Of a stretch of DNA of 64,000 nucleotides, positions 35,976 to 44,411 are shown one piece after another. The number at the start of each line of letters is the position of its first letter. Position 1 is the first letter of the stretch. The position numbers were made by a program, and so were the translations under genes. Below the pieces are notes generated by a model, which had not been told where the DNA came from, did no database searches, and was given only the letters and a program-made list of their open reading frames with translations. The DNA comes from Pirellulales bacterium (GTDB lineage Bacteria > Planctomycetota > Planctomycetia > Pirellulales > JBFWUW01), in contig JBFWUW010000029.1 of assembly GCA_050247075.1 (NCBI GenBank), positions 9,198-73,197 on the forward strand, given 5' to 3'.

Positions 35976-37685
35976 ATGGCGATTCGGCGTATCGGACAAA
36001 TCATGGTCGATCTTGGTTTCATCACCGACGACCAGCTCGAGGAACTGCTGGAGGAGCAGCAGAACCAGCCGGGCGTGCTGCTAGGCAAGCTGGCCGAGTC
36101 CGAAAGCCTGGTGACGGACGAGCAGGTGGCCCAAGCCCTGGCCGAGCAAATGGGCATGCAGGTGATCTCGCTGACGGATGTGGTGGTTCCGCCCAATGTC
36201 TTGGGCTACATCACGGAAGTCATGGCGCAGATGTACCGCATTATACCGGTCGCTTTTCGCGACAACTCGCTGACCATCGCCATGTGCGATCCGCAGAAGA
36301 TCTCCATCCTGGACGAACTGCGCAATTTTTTGGGCTACGACATCCGCGCTGTGGTGGCCACCGAGCGTGATATTCTCGCCACGCTAGACCGCTACTACTC
36401 GGCCAGTGACGACAATATCGAGAACCTCATCCGCGGCATGGAGGACGACCCCGACCTCTCCAGTGACATTTTGGGCAAGGGGGGCCCGACCGACCTGACC
36501 AGCGTGGAGGCCCTCGCCGACAGCGCCCCGGTGCGCAAGCTGCTCAACATGGTGTTGTTGCTGGCCATTAAAGACCGGGCCAGCGACTTGCACTTCGAGC
36601 CTTTCGAGGACGAATTCAAAATACGCATCAAGGCCGACGGCGTTCTGTACGAAATGGTTCCGCCGCCGCGGCACTTGGCGTTTGCCATCACCACCCGCAT
36701 CAAGGTCATGGCCAATCTGGACATCGCCGAGCGCCGCATGCCTCAAGACGGCCGCATCGAGCTGACCGTCGGCGGCCACCCGGTCGATCTGCGCGTATCG
36801 GTGTTGCCCACCATGTTTGGTGAAAGCGTGGTCATGCGGGTTTTGGACCGCTCCGTGGTACAGCTCGACCTGAACGCGGTCGGCATGCCGGCGCAAATTT
36901 TGCAAACATTTCGCGAAATCATGCGCAGGCCCAACGGCATTATTCTAGTGACGGGGCCTACCGGATCGGGTAAGACGACCACGCTCTATTCCGCCTTGAG
37001 CGAACTGAACGAAATCACCGAAAAAGTCATTACGACGGAAGACCCCATCGAATACGACATCGACGGCATCGTACAGGTGCCGATCGACCATACCATTGGC
37101 AACACCTTTGCCCAATGTTTGCGGGCCATCTTGCGGCAAGACCCAGACCGCATCCTGGTGGGCGAAATCCGGGATACGGAAACGGCTGAAATCGCCGTAC
37201 AAGCCTCGCTAACGGGGCACATGGTCTTTAGCACGTTGCACACCAACGACGCCCCCGGCACCATCACTCGCCTGCGCGACATGGGCGTCCCCCCCTTCCT
37301 CATCACCGCCACGGTCGAGGCGATTCTGGCGCAGCGGCTGGTACGCCGCATCTGCACCAACTGCAAACAAAAAATGGTCCCCTCGCCGGAAATGTTGATG
37401 GACTTGCAAATCAGCATGGACGACGTGGCGGACAAGACTTTTTACCGCGGGACGGGCTGCGATGCTTGTAATAACACCGGCTATCGCGGGCGCGTGGGGC
37501 TGTTTGAACTGATGATTATGAATGACCATTTGCGCGAGATGGTTATTCGCAACGCCTCCACCGACGAAATGCGTGAAGCGGCCCGCAGTTACGGCATGAT
37601 CGCCCTGCGGGACGCGGGCATGACCGCCGCCGCCGCCGGCCTGACATCCATCGAGGAAATCGTTCGCGAGACCGCCACCGATTAG
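35976..37685 (+). CDS. GspE/PilB/MshE-type assembly ATPase, copy 2, with an MshEN-like N-terminus
   Basis: Same core motifs as copy 1 (GPTGSGKTTTLYS, ILVGEIRD, MVFSTLHTNDA, CTNC...CDAC). The N-terminus RIGQIMVDLGFITDDQLEELLEEQ fits the 24-residue MshEN c-di-GMP motif. Confidence 0.85.
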   Translation: MAIRRIGQIMVDLGFITDDQLEELLEEQQNQPGVLLGKLAESESLVTDEQVAQALAEQMGMQVISLTDVVVPPNVLGYITEVMAQMYRIIPVAFRDNSLTIAMCDPQKISILDELRNFLGYDIRAVVATERDILATLDRYYSASDDNIENLIRGMEDDPDLSSDILGKGGPTDLTSVEALADSAPVRKLLNMVLLLAIKDRASDLHFEPFEDEFKIRIKADGVLYEMVPPPRHLAFAITTRIKVMANLDIAERRMPQDGRIELTVGGHPVDLRVSVLPTMFGESVVMRVLDRSVVQLDLNAVGMPAQILQTFREIMRRPNGIILVTGPTGSGKTTTLYSALSELNEITEKVITTEDPIEYDIDGIVQVPIDHTIGNTFAQCLRAILRQDPDRILVGEIRDTETAEIAVQASLTGHMVFSTLHTNDAPGTITRLRDMGVPPFLITATVEAILAQRLVRRICTNCKQKMVPSPEMLMDLQISMDDVADKTFYRGTGCDACNNTGYRGRVGLFELMIMNDHLREMVIRNASTDEMREAARSYGMIALRDAGMTAAAAGLTSIEEIVRETATD

Positions 37686-37735
37686 CACAAGCCTAATGCC
37701 ATCCACATCCAATACACGTACAACCGTAGGCCATC

Positions 37736-37759
37736 GGCGATAGAATCGCCTCCTGCAAG
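37736..37759 (-). repeat. Degenerate REP-like unit
   Basis: ggcgatagaatcgcctcctgcaag has the hairpin GGCGA/TCGCC plus a CGCCTCCT core with one change. It lies between ATPase copy 2 and pilC. Confidence 0.5.
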
Positions 37760-37800
37760 TTAACCAGCCCATCCGACGGACGACTGCGAGAACCCCAGCC

Positions 37801-39135
37801 ATGCCAAGCTATTCCTTTGAGGCGATGGACGCGACCGGGCAAGAGATCAAGGACGTGATCGAAGCCACGAGCGAGGAAGAAGCGCAAGCGACAATTCGCC
37901 AGATGGGGTACTTCGTCACGAAGATCTCCGTCAAGAAAGCCAAGAAAGCCGCCGCCGAGGGGAAGAAGGTCAAGCCGGGCCGCTCCAGCTTTGTCATCGG
38001 CCGCGTCAATACCAAGACGCTCACGCTGTTCACACGGCAACTCTCTATCCTGCAAGATGCCGGCCTGCCCATCCTGAGAAGCCTGCGCATTCTCGAGGGC
38101 CAGTCCAAGCCGGGCCGCATGAAAAACGCCCTGATGGATGTCTGCGACGATATCGAGAGTGGCTCGACCCTGTCAGAGTCGATGGGCAAGCAACCCAAGG
38201 CGTTTAATCGACTGTATGTCAACATGATCAAGGCGGGCGAGGCCGGCGGTGCCTTGGAGCTCATTCTGCAGCGTCTGGCCGAGTTCTTGGAAAAGGCCGA
38301 GTCGCTCAAGCGCAAGGTCAAAGGGGCCATGATCTACCCCATCGTGGTCGTGTCGGTGGCGGTGCTGATCTTGACCTTCATCATGATCAAAATCGTCCCC
38401 GCCTTCCGCGAAATCTTCGAGGACTTCGGTATCGACCTCCCCCCCATGACCGAGGCCCTTATCTGGACCAGCACCATGGTCTTCAATTACTGGTACCTCA
38501 TCCCCGGCATTCCTATTTTGATCTGGCTAACGGTCAAGGTGATACGCAAGTTCGAATACGGCCGCTACGGCTGGGATGTGTTCACCCTGAAAATGCCCGT
38601 GTTTGGCATGATCGTTGAAAAAAACATCGTGGCCCGCACCACGCGTACCTTGGGCACACTGGTTGCCAGCGGCGTCCCCATTCTCGAAGCGCTAAACATC
38701 ACTCGCGAGACGAGCGGCAACTTCATTTTCGAGAACATGTACGGCAAGATCTACGACTCCATCCGCGAGGGCGAAACGATCGCCCGTCCCATGAAAGAGT
38801 GGTCGCGGCCGCGGTTCAATGCCATGGCGGTCTTTTTCTGGTTTGGATTTGTCGGCGGACCAATCGGCGTGCTGATTTACCTGATGAAGATGCGGCAGCG
38901 CGTGTTGGACGATCTGGTGGTGAACATGGTCGACGTGGGTGAAGAGACGGGCGAACTCGACACCATGCTCTACAAAGTCGCCGACAACTACGACGAGGAA
39001 GTCGCCGTTCTCACGGAAAGCCTGGTCAGCCTGCTTGAGCCGCTGATGATCTGCGTGCTGGGTGGCATGGTCGGGTTCATCGTCATCGCCTTGTTCTTGC
39101 CGCTGATCAAAATCATTCAATCGTTGACGGGTTAA
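37801..39135 (+). CDS. PilC/GspF platform protein with an extra hydrophobic insert
   Basis: Two T2SSF-type repeats (LSILQDAGLP...MIKAGEAGGALE and TLVASGVPILEAL...MVDVGEETGELD). Three canonical TM regions plus an additional hydrophobic segment at 38806-38901. Confidence 0.85.
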   Translation: MPSYSFEAMDATGQEIKDVIEATSEEEAQATIRQMGYFVTKISVKKAKKAAAEGKKVKPGRSSFVIGRVNTKTLTLFTRQLSILQDAGLPILRSLRILEGQSKPGRMKNALMDVCDDIESGSTLSESMGKQPKAFNRLYVNMIKAGEAGGALELILQRLAEFLEKAESLKRKVKGAMIYPIVVVSVAVLILTFIMIKIVPAFREIFEDFGIDLPPMTEALIWTSTMVFNYWYLIPGIPILIWLTVKVIRKFEYGRYGWDVFTLKMPVFGMIVEKNIVARTTRTLGTLVASGVPILEALNITRETSGNFIFENMYGKIYDSIREGETIARPMKEWSRPRFNAMAVFFWFGFVGGPIGVLIYLMKMRQRVLDDLVVNMVDVGEETGELDTMLYKVADNYDEEVAVLTESLVSLLEPLMICVLGGMVGFIVIALFLPLIKIIQSLTG

Positions 39136-39228
39136 GGAACAGAAGGAATCGGAAATGGCACCACAAGGCGGTGGTACCCTTTAACAACTGCAAGCAAAAC
39201 GAACCACGGATTGCACGGATAAACAATG

Positions 39229-39345
39229 CCCAAGGCTGATCGCGGCTGTCGTTAGCCCCGGTAGGGGCGGCAGTTAATAGCCTTGGGCGTTAGCCCAAGG
39301 AACAGGCCACAAAATAAATTTTCCAGCCCCGGCAGGGGCGACAGA
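39229..39345. repeat. Cluster of GC-rich mini-hairpin repeats
   Basis: agCCCCGgtaGGGGCggcag (39254-39273) and agCCCCGgcaGGGGCgacag (39325-39344) are near-identical. CCTTGGGCgttaGCCCAAGG (39281-39300) is an 8-bp stem with a tetraloop. gcccaaggct at 39229-39238 is related. Confidence 0.7.
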
Positions 39346-39404
39346 AGCTAAGAAACCTGTGAACGATTCGCCTCGCGGATATGCCAGTACCCGCGGGCGC
39401 AAGA

Positions 39405-39427
39405 TTGTAGGAGGCGAATTCCTAGCC
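39405..39427 (+). repeat. REP-like unit (TGTAGGAGGCG core)
   Basis: ttgtaggaggcgaattcctagcc, in the pilC-pseudopilin spacer. Confidence 0.6.
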
Positions 39428-39662
39428 GACTGCATACAGAAACACGACGGGCCAGCGGCGGGGGCGCCGAACTTAGGACCAGACCATTTCCGTTTTTCGG
39501 TCAGATCGACAGTCCGTCCATCTTTTGATAGGCGAGTTTTCTGACGCGCCGCGCGGCCAACATGGCGACGTGCGTCTTGGGCGGCTCGCCCCATGGCGGC
39601 TTCCCTCGTTCAATCCCTTGCCACAACCGACGTTTAAGCATACCGACCAGGAGATTCCCGCG

Positions 39663-40727
39663 ATGAACGCCTTCCGTCCTCATGTCACCCCACTTCATTC
39701 GCGGCGGGGCTTTACGTTGATCGAGCTGCTAGTCGTGATCCTCATCATCGGCCTGCTGGCGGCGTTGGTCTCCACGGCCGTCTTCAAGGCCCTGACGACC
39801 AGCAAGCAGGCGGTGCTCAAGGTTGAAATCGGCGAAATGGACCGGGCCTTAAAGGACTACGCCAATAACAATGGTGGGGCCTATCCCCCTAGCTTCGCCT
39901 CATACTCGCCCGCCGTCACCGCCGAGGCCCGTGTTTGGCAACACATTCAACGGCGGTTTCCACGTTACACACCGGCGAATACCAGCGGTGCCACTCCTTA
40001 CGAAAATTTCCGGCTCGACGTGCGAGATCAATCGGTCAATTGCGGGTTTGCTGCCAACGCGCTCGACACTCGCAACCTGGACCAGGCCGAGGCCCTGGTC
40101 TTTTGGCTGGGCGGACTCCCCTGCCCCAACACGGAGCGGCGGATGGTCGGATTCAGTAAAGATCCTTCCCAGCCGTTCATCGGCTTCAACCCCGCCAATA
40201 ACGCCGGCCAGCCGCAGCGCACCGATCCTTTCCCTTTTGACTCCACCCGGCTGGTCGATCGCGATGGCGACAACTGGCTGGAGTACATCCCCAAGGGCAC
40301 CTCGCCTACCGGCGACATGCCCCCATTTGTCTACTTCGACGCGCAAAGTTACACCAGCCACACCTACGTCAGCGGCACCGACTTGCCGATGGCTCCTTAC
40401 CCCTTTTCGTCGGGCGGCGTCACTCGCGGCCCGACAAGCAACATCGCCGCGTGGGGCCAGTGCTGGCCGATGTGGCGGGTTGCGCCAACGCCATCATCGT
40501 CGCCGACCGTCGCTCCGCAGTGGGTCAACTCCGATTCGTTTCAAATCATCTGCGCTGGCCTGGATGGTGCCTACAGCACGATCGGTGATGAATCGACCAC
40601 GAATCCCGAGACGTACCCCACGCTATTGACGTATCCCAGCGGTACATCGGATACCGGCGCGCTGACCGACAATATCACCAGCTTCGCCGAAAGCATTCTC
40701 AAGGAAGATCGGGAAAAACAAAGGTAA
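39663..40727 (+). CDS. Prepilin-type (pseudo)pilin, 354 aa
   Basis: MNAFRPHVTPLHSRRG/FTLIELLVVILIIGLLAALV is a canonical class III leader with G-1, F+1 and E+5. AGGAG lies 10 nt upstream of ATG 39663. Confidence 0.75.
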   Translation: MNAFRPHVTPLHSRRGFTLIELLVVILIIGLLAALVSTAVFKALTTSKQAVLKVEIGEMDRALKDYANNNGGAYPPSFASYSPAVTAEARVWQHIQRRFPRYTPANTSGATPYENFRLDVRDQSVNCGFAANALDTRNLDQAEALVFWLGGLPCPNTERRMVGFSKDPSQPFIGFNPANNAGQPQRTDPFPFDSTRLVDRDGDNWLEYIPKGTSPTGDMPPFVYFDAQSYTSHTYVSGTDLPMAPYPFSSGGVTRGPTSNIAAWGQCWPMWRVAPTPSSSPTVAPQWVNSDSFQIICAGLDGAYSTIGDESTTNPETYPTLLTYPSGTSDTGALTDNITSFAESILKEDREKQR

Positions 40728-40733
40728 GCAGTT

Positions 40734-40768
40734 GGCATTTTTGATTTTGGATTTTCGATTTTTGATTG
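40734..40768. repeat. Heptamer array (TTGATTT family), 5 units
   Basis: ggcattt ttgattt tggattt tcgattt ttgattg, filling most of the spacer between pseudopilin genes 1 and 2. Confidence 0.75.
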
Positions 40769-40775
40769 GCCTTTG

Positions 40776-41894
40776 ATGCGACGGGATTGTTTTATGGTTG
40801 GTCGCCTACAAAGTACACGCTTGGCGCGGCGCGGCTTTACGCTGGTGGAGGTGTTAATCACCATCACCATCATTGGGCTGCTGACATCGCTGTTCTTGGC
40901 GGCCCTGGCCGCTTCGCAGCAGCAAGCCCGCGAGGCCCGCACCAAAAGCATGATCGCCCGGTTGGACGCGGTCATTATGTCCCGCTGGGAAAGCTACCGC
41001 ACGCGGCGCGTACCCATCAACACAACGGGGTTGAATCCCAGTGCAGCCAATGGCTTGCGGTTGCTGGCCATGCGCGAGTTGCAGCGACTAGAAATGCCGC
41101 AACGCTGGGAAGACGTGGTGGACGACCCCTCCGCTTGGCCATCCGCGGCACCGGTAACAACCACGTCCGGAATTCCTATCCCCGGTTTGTCGCTGGGTTA
41201 TCGCCGCCGGTTCAACGCCAGTTCCGTAACGTCCTACAATGGTACGACCACCACCACGGTCGCCACGCAGCCCACATCGCAATACCAAGGGGCGGAATGC
41301 CTCTACTTGATCGTCACGTGCGGTGGATTGGAAGAAGATGTGACCCCCATCGATCAGTTTCGCGGCTTGGACGTGGGCGATCTGGACCGTGACGGCATGC
41401 CAGAGTTCCATGACGGCTGGGGCAACCCCATAACATTTTTGCGGTGGGCTCCCGGCTGGGTTTCGGACGTGCAGCCCAATCCCGGTTGGGATTTCACCAC
41501 CTACCCGCGCGTGCCAACCCCGCAAGCCGCCCCCGCGCCTTACGACTTTGCCATCGCCCGGCACGATGCCTTCGACCCAGCCAAACTTGCCTTCAATCTC
41601 CCCTCCACCACCGATCCCAACCCGCGGGGATTTGTTCTGTCGCCATTGATCATGTCGCCGGGCCCCGATGGAATCCTCGATACCTGGCACGTCAGCGGCG
41701 ATGCGACCGACTTTCCCGCGGGCCTGCTGCCGGCGAACTTGAACGATCCCTACTACGTGCCGGCCAGCGCCGGGCGTTATCCGTCGGGCTGGCCGTTGGA
41801 CTATAACGCGCCCGTGCCAACGGGCATTCCCACGCCCGAAGGCTACTGGCTCGACAACATCCATAATCAACAGTTAGGAGCGCTGGCCAAATGA
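40776..41894 (+). CDS. Prepilin-type pseudopilin, ~372 aa
   Basis: ...STRLARRG/FTLVEVLITITIIGLLTSL has G-1, F+1 and E+5. The stop overlaps the next start (ATGA at 41891-41894). Confidence 0.75.
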   Translation: MRRDCFMVGRLQSTRLARRGFTLVEVLITITIIGLLTSLFLAALAASQQQAREARTKSMIARLDAVIMSRWESYRTRRVPINTTGLNPSAANGLRLLAMRELQRLEMPQRWEDVVDDPSAWPSAAPVTTTSGIPIPGLSLGYRRRFNASSVTSYNGTTTTTVATQPTSQYQGAECLYLIVTCGGLEEDVTPIDQFRGLDVGDLDRDGMPEFHDGWGNPITFLRWAPGWVSDVQPNPGWDFTTYPRVPTPQAAPAPYDFAIARHDAFDPAKLAFNLPSTTDPNPRGFVLSPLIMSPGPDGILDTWHVSGDATDFPAGLLPANLNDPYYVPASAGRYPSGWPLDYNAPVPTGIPTPEGYWLDNIHNQQLGALAK

Positions 41895-43114
41895 CGACGA
41901 CGAACAGCCGCGCCGGCTTCCGGACAAACCACGCCCGCACTGGCTTTACCATTTTGGAACTGCTGATCGTGATTACGATCATGCTGGCGGTGACGGCGAT
42001 GGCCATTCCATTGCTGGCTCCCTCGCGCGAGGACCGCCGCGTCAACGAGGCCTCGCGGATCATCACCAGCATGTTCGCGGGTGCCCGCTCCCGCGCCATC
42101 GAGATCGGCCGTCCTGTGGGGGTCACGCTCGAACGCGATCCCACCAATCCGTTCCGCGTGCTGACGTTGTCTTACGCGGAGGTTCCCCCCCCCTTCGCCG
42201 GCGGTTTTATCAATTCGCGGATCATTATCGAAGGCGAACCGACGGCGGGCGATACCGACATGAGCGGCACCATCGACCCCGGCGAGTTCACCGACTGGAA
42301 TGGCAACGGCTATTACGACAGCGGCGGATTCATTACCTCCATTACCGCCGACGGCTCCAACCCCGATACCTTTTGGCAAGGCCTGATCCGGCCCGGCGAC
42401 GCGCTCAAGCTCAACTACCAGGGCTACGAATACACCCTGGGGCTGCCTGCCATGTTCAGCGGCAATCTCGACGCCAACGGATATTTCAACACGCTCGATC
42501 CCGACAATCCGTGGCAACTGGCGACGATCGCCGGCGGTGCCGGCGCGGTCGGGGGCGTTATTTCTGATGCCGTTACGGTCCCCAAGACACCCTTCGTCGA
42601 AGACCCCAGCGGTTCCGGTACCGGCGTGGATGGGCGGTTCACCCCCGGCACCGATGTGGGCGGGCTGCCATTTCAGATCATCCGCGGGCCGCAAAGATCG
42701 GCCGGCAAGACAGAGACCCTGCCAGAAACGATGTGCATCGACCTGGCCGGCACGAGTACCGCCGCCGACCCGTTTGCGTTGACGGCCTACACGGGCGATA
42801 TCACCGTCATGTACAACCCCGGCGGTTCCGTCGACTCCATTCGCTGGGCCAGCGGCCCGCAAGTCGCGCCCATCGGCCCGCTGTTTCTGCTCATCGGCAA
42901 GACATTTCTGGTGGGGGGCAACGTAGCGCCCAAGCCGGGCGAGCCGGTCTACAACTGGCAAGACCTGGATGCCCGCTGGCTGATGATCAACCACCAGTCG
43001 GGCTTGCTGGCCAGTAATCCCACGACATCGGTGGATACCACGTTGTCGGCGGACCAACAGATCATCCAGTCCCGCTCGATCGCCCGCGAGGGGATTAAGG
43101 TAGGAGATAAGTAG
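41891..43114 (+). CDS. Prepilin-type pseudopilin, GspH/FimT-like, 407 aa
   Basis: ...NHARTG/FTILELLIVITIMLAV followed by RVNEASRIITSMFAGARSRAIEIGRPVGVTL, which resembles the GspH/FimT N-terminal region. Confidence 0.75.
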   Translation: MTTTNSRAGFRTNHARTGFTILELLIVITIMLAVTAMAIPLLAPSREDRRVNEASRIITSMFAGARSRAIEIGRPVGVTLERDPTNPFRVLTLSYAEVPPPFAGGFINSRIIIEGEPTAGDTDMSGTIDPGEFTDWNGNGYYDSGGFITSITADGSNPDTFWQGLIRPGDALKLNYQGYEYTLGLPAMFSGNLDANGYFNTLDPDNPWQLATIAGGAGAVGGVISDAVTVPKTPFVEDPSGSGTGVDGRFTPGTDVGGLPFQIIRGPQRSAGKTETLPETMCIDLAGTSTAADPFALTAYTGDITVMYNPGGSVDSIRWASGPQVAPIGPLFLLIGKTFLVGGNVAPKPGEPVYNWQDLDARWLMINHQSGLLASNPTTSVDTTLSADQQIIQSRSIAREGIKVGDK

Positions 43115-43115
43115 C

Positions 43116-43150
43116 AATGTCGAATGTCGAGTGCCGAATGTCGAATTTTA
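43116..43150. repeat. Heptamer array (AATGTCG family), 4-5 units, spanning the start codon of pseudopilin 4
   Basis: aatgtcg aatgtcg agtgccg aatgtcg aatttta. Each unit carries an ATG or GTG. Confidence 0.75.
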
Positions 43151-44307
43151 GCCGGCCGCCGCGGGCCACGAACCGCCGCGGTATTACCCTGCTGGAGTCG
43201 CTGTTCGCCATTTTCGTGGCGGCCATTGGCATCCTGAGCCTGGCGGCGCTGCTGCCGGTTGGCAAGTTCTTGATCACCCAGGCCGAGCACAGCGACCGCG
43301 GCGCGGCCGTGGCCGAGGCGGCCATGCAAGAATTGATCAACCGCGGGCTGGTGGCGACGGCAAACCAGGTTGGCGCCACCGACATGATTGTCCTCGATCC
43401 TTGGTTTTTGTCGCGGCAGCCCAATCCGGCCGCGCCAGAGATCATGAGTTTTCCCTATGACAGCAGCGCTACTTCGTCCAATTATCTGAATGGCGGTACG
43501 CCGCCGCTGTTACCCCGGTGGACGGTGGTCCCCGCTTTTTCAACCTTGTCCGGCCAGGCAGCCCATCGCGAGGCCGCCGACCGCGTGTTCACCTCGCACG
43601 ACGACCAGATCATGACCGAGGTCGCCGCCGTCGGGCAGCGGCCGCAGGCTCTGCCCACAACGGGTGCCTCGTCCGTGTACCAAGGAGATTACTCCTGGCT
43701 GGCCACCATCACGCCGGCGCTCAGCCAGCGGTTTACCGCCAAGACCATGTTCACCGTGCAGGTAGCCGTCTTCCACAAGCGAGAGCCGCTCCCTCCGGTC
43801 GATGCCCAGGTGAAGACCCCCAGCGAGCGGATCGTGCTGGCCGACATTTTTGGCACCGGCGTCGGTGGCGGCAGCGTGCAATTTCGCGTCCCCGCCGGGA
43901 CGAACAACGACTTCCTCAAGCTCAAGACCAACCAATGGGTGATGCTCGTCGGCTACGAGGCCATCGGCACGGCCATCAATCCTTACAACGGTGCCACCAT
44001 TCCCTCGGTGACCACGCCCGCCGGGACGGGTAAGAACCGTATCGTGGCCCGTTGGTATCGCATTGTCGGCCTGGCCGAAATGACCCCCGGCACCACCACC
44101 GGCGCGCGCGAGGCGACCTTGGCCGGTCCCGATTGGAACACGTCCGTCGCCACGTTCGACAGCGACGACGACGGCGTGGGAGACATTGTCTACGACGCCG
44201 ACAGCGGCACCGCCGGCGTTCAGGTCCACGCCTACTTGCTCTCCGACTGCGTCACCGTCCAAGAACGAACCATCAAGCTGGATATCTCCGCGCTCAACGG
44301 TTACTAA
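43117..44307 (+). CDS. Prepilin-type pseudopilin, GspI/PilV-like, 396 aa
   Basis: ...ATNRRG/ITLLESLFAIFVAAIGILSLAAL has G-1 and E+5. The start lies inside a heptamer array, and an alternative in-frame ATG is at 43138. Confidence 0.7.
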   Translation: MSNVECRMSNFSRPPRATNRRGITLLESLFAIFVAAIGILSLAALLPVGKFLITQAEHSDRGAAVAEAAMQELINRGLVATANQVGATDMIVLDPWFLSRQPNPAAPEIMSFPYDSSATSSNYLNGGTPPLLPRWTVVPAFSTLSGQAAHREAADRVFTSHDDQIMTEVAAVGQRPQALPTTGASSVYQGDYSWLATITPALSQRFTAKTMFTVQVAVFHKREPLPPVDAQVKTPSERIVLADIFGTGVGGGSVQFRVPAGTNNDFLKLKTNQWVMLVGYEAIGTAINPYNGATIPSVTTPAGTGKNRIVARWYRIVGLAEMTPGTTTGAREATLAGPDWNTSVATFDSDDDGVGDIVYDADSGTAGVQVHAYLLSDCVTVQERTIKLDISALNGY

Positions 44308-44411
44308 GCGCCCCAACTCCAGCGATAAACACCACACACATCGCCGCCCAGTCTACCTGGCGGCTTACGAACCAGGGGGCTTGCCTGGAAATGTGAAAGA
44401 GGAATCTTGTC

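Noticed and set aside
39156-39170. Sigma-54-type promoter (TGGCAC box) downstream of pilC
   Set aside because: TGGCACcacaaGGCG has 9 nt rather than 10 between the GG and GC dinucleotides, and it lacks the TTGC -12 element. It also lies about 500 nt from the pseudopilin start.
39274-39594. 106-aa minus-strand ORF in the pilC-pseudopilin spacer
   Set aside because: Its sequence (…VAPAGAGKFILWPVPWANAQGY) is the translation of the GC mini-hairpin repeats, so this is an artefact of repeat DNA.
41867-43117. 416-aa minus-strand ORF; also 31363-32523, 57635-59134, 61936-62970 and 3773-4879
   Set aside because: Each is antisense to a gene with clear family motifs (pseudopilin, YifB, discoidin protein/phosphoesterase, DUF4838, HisS). 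None has a recognisable motif of its own.
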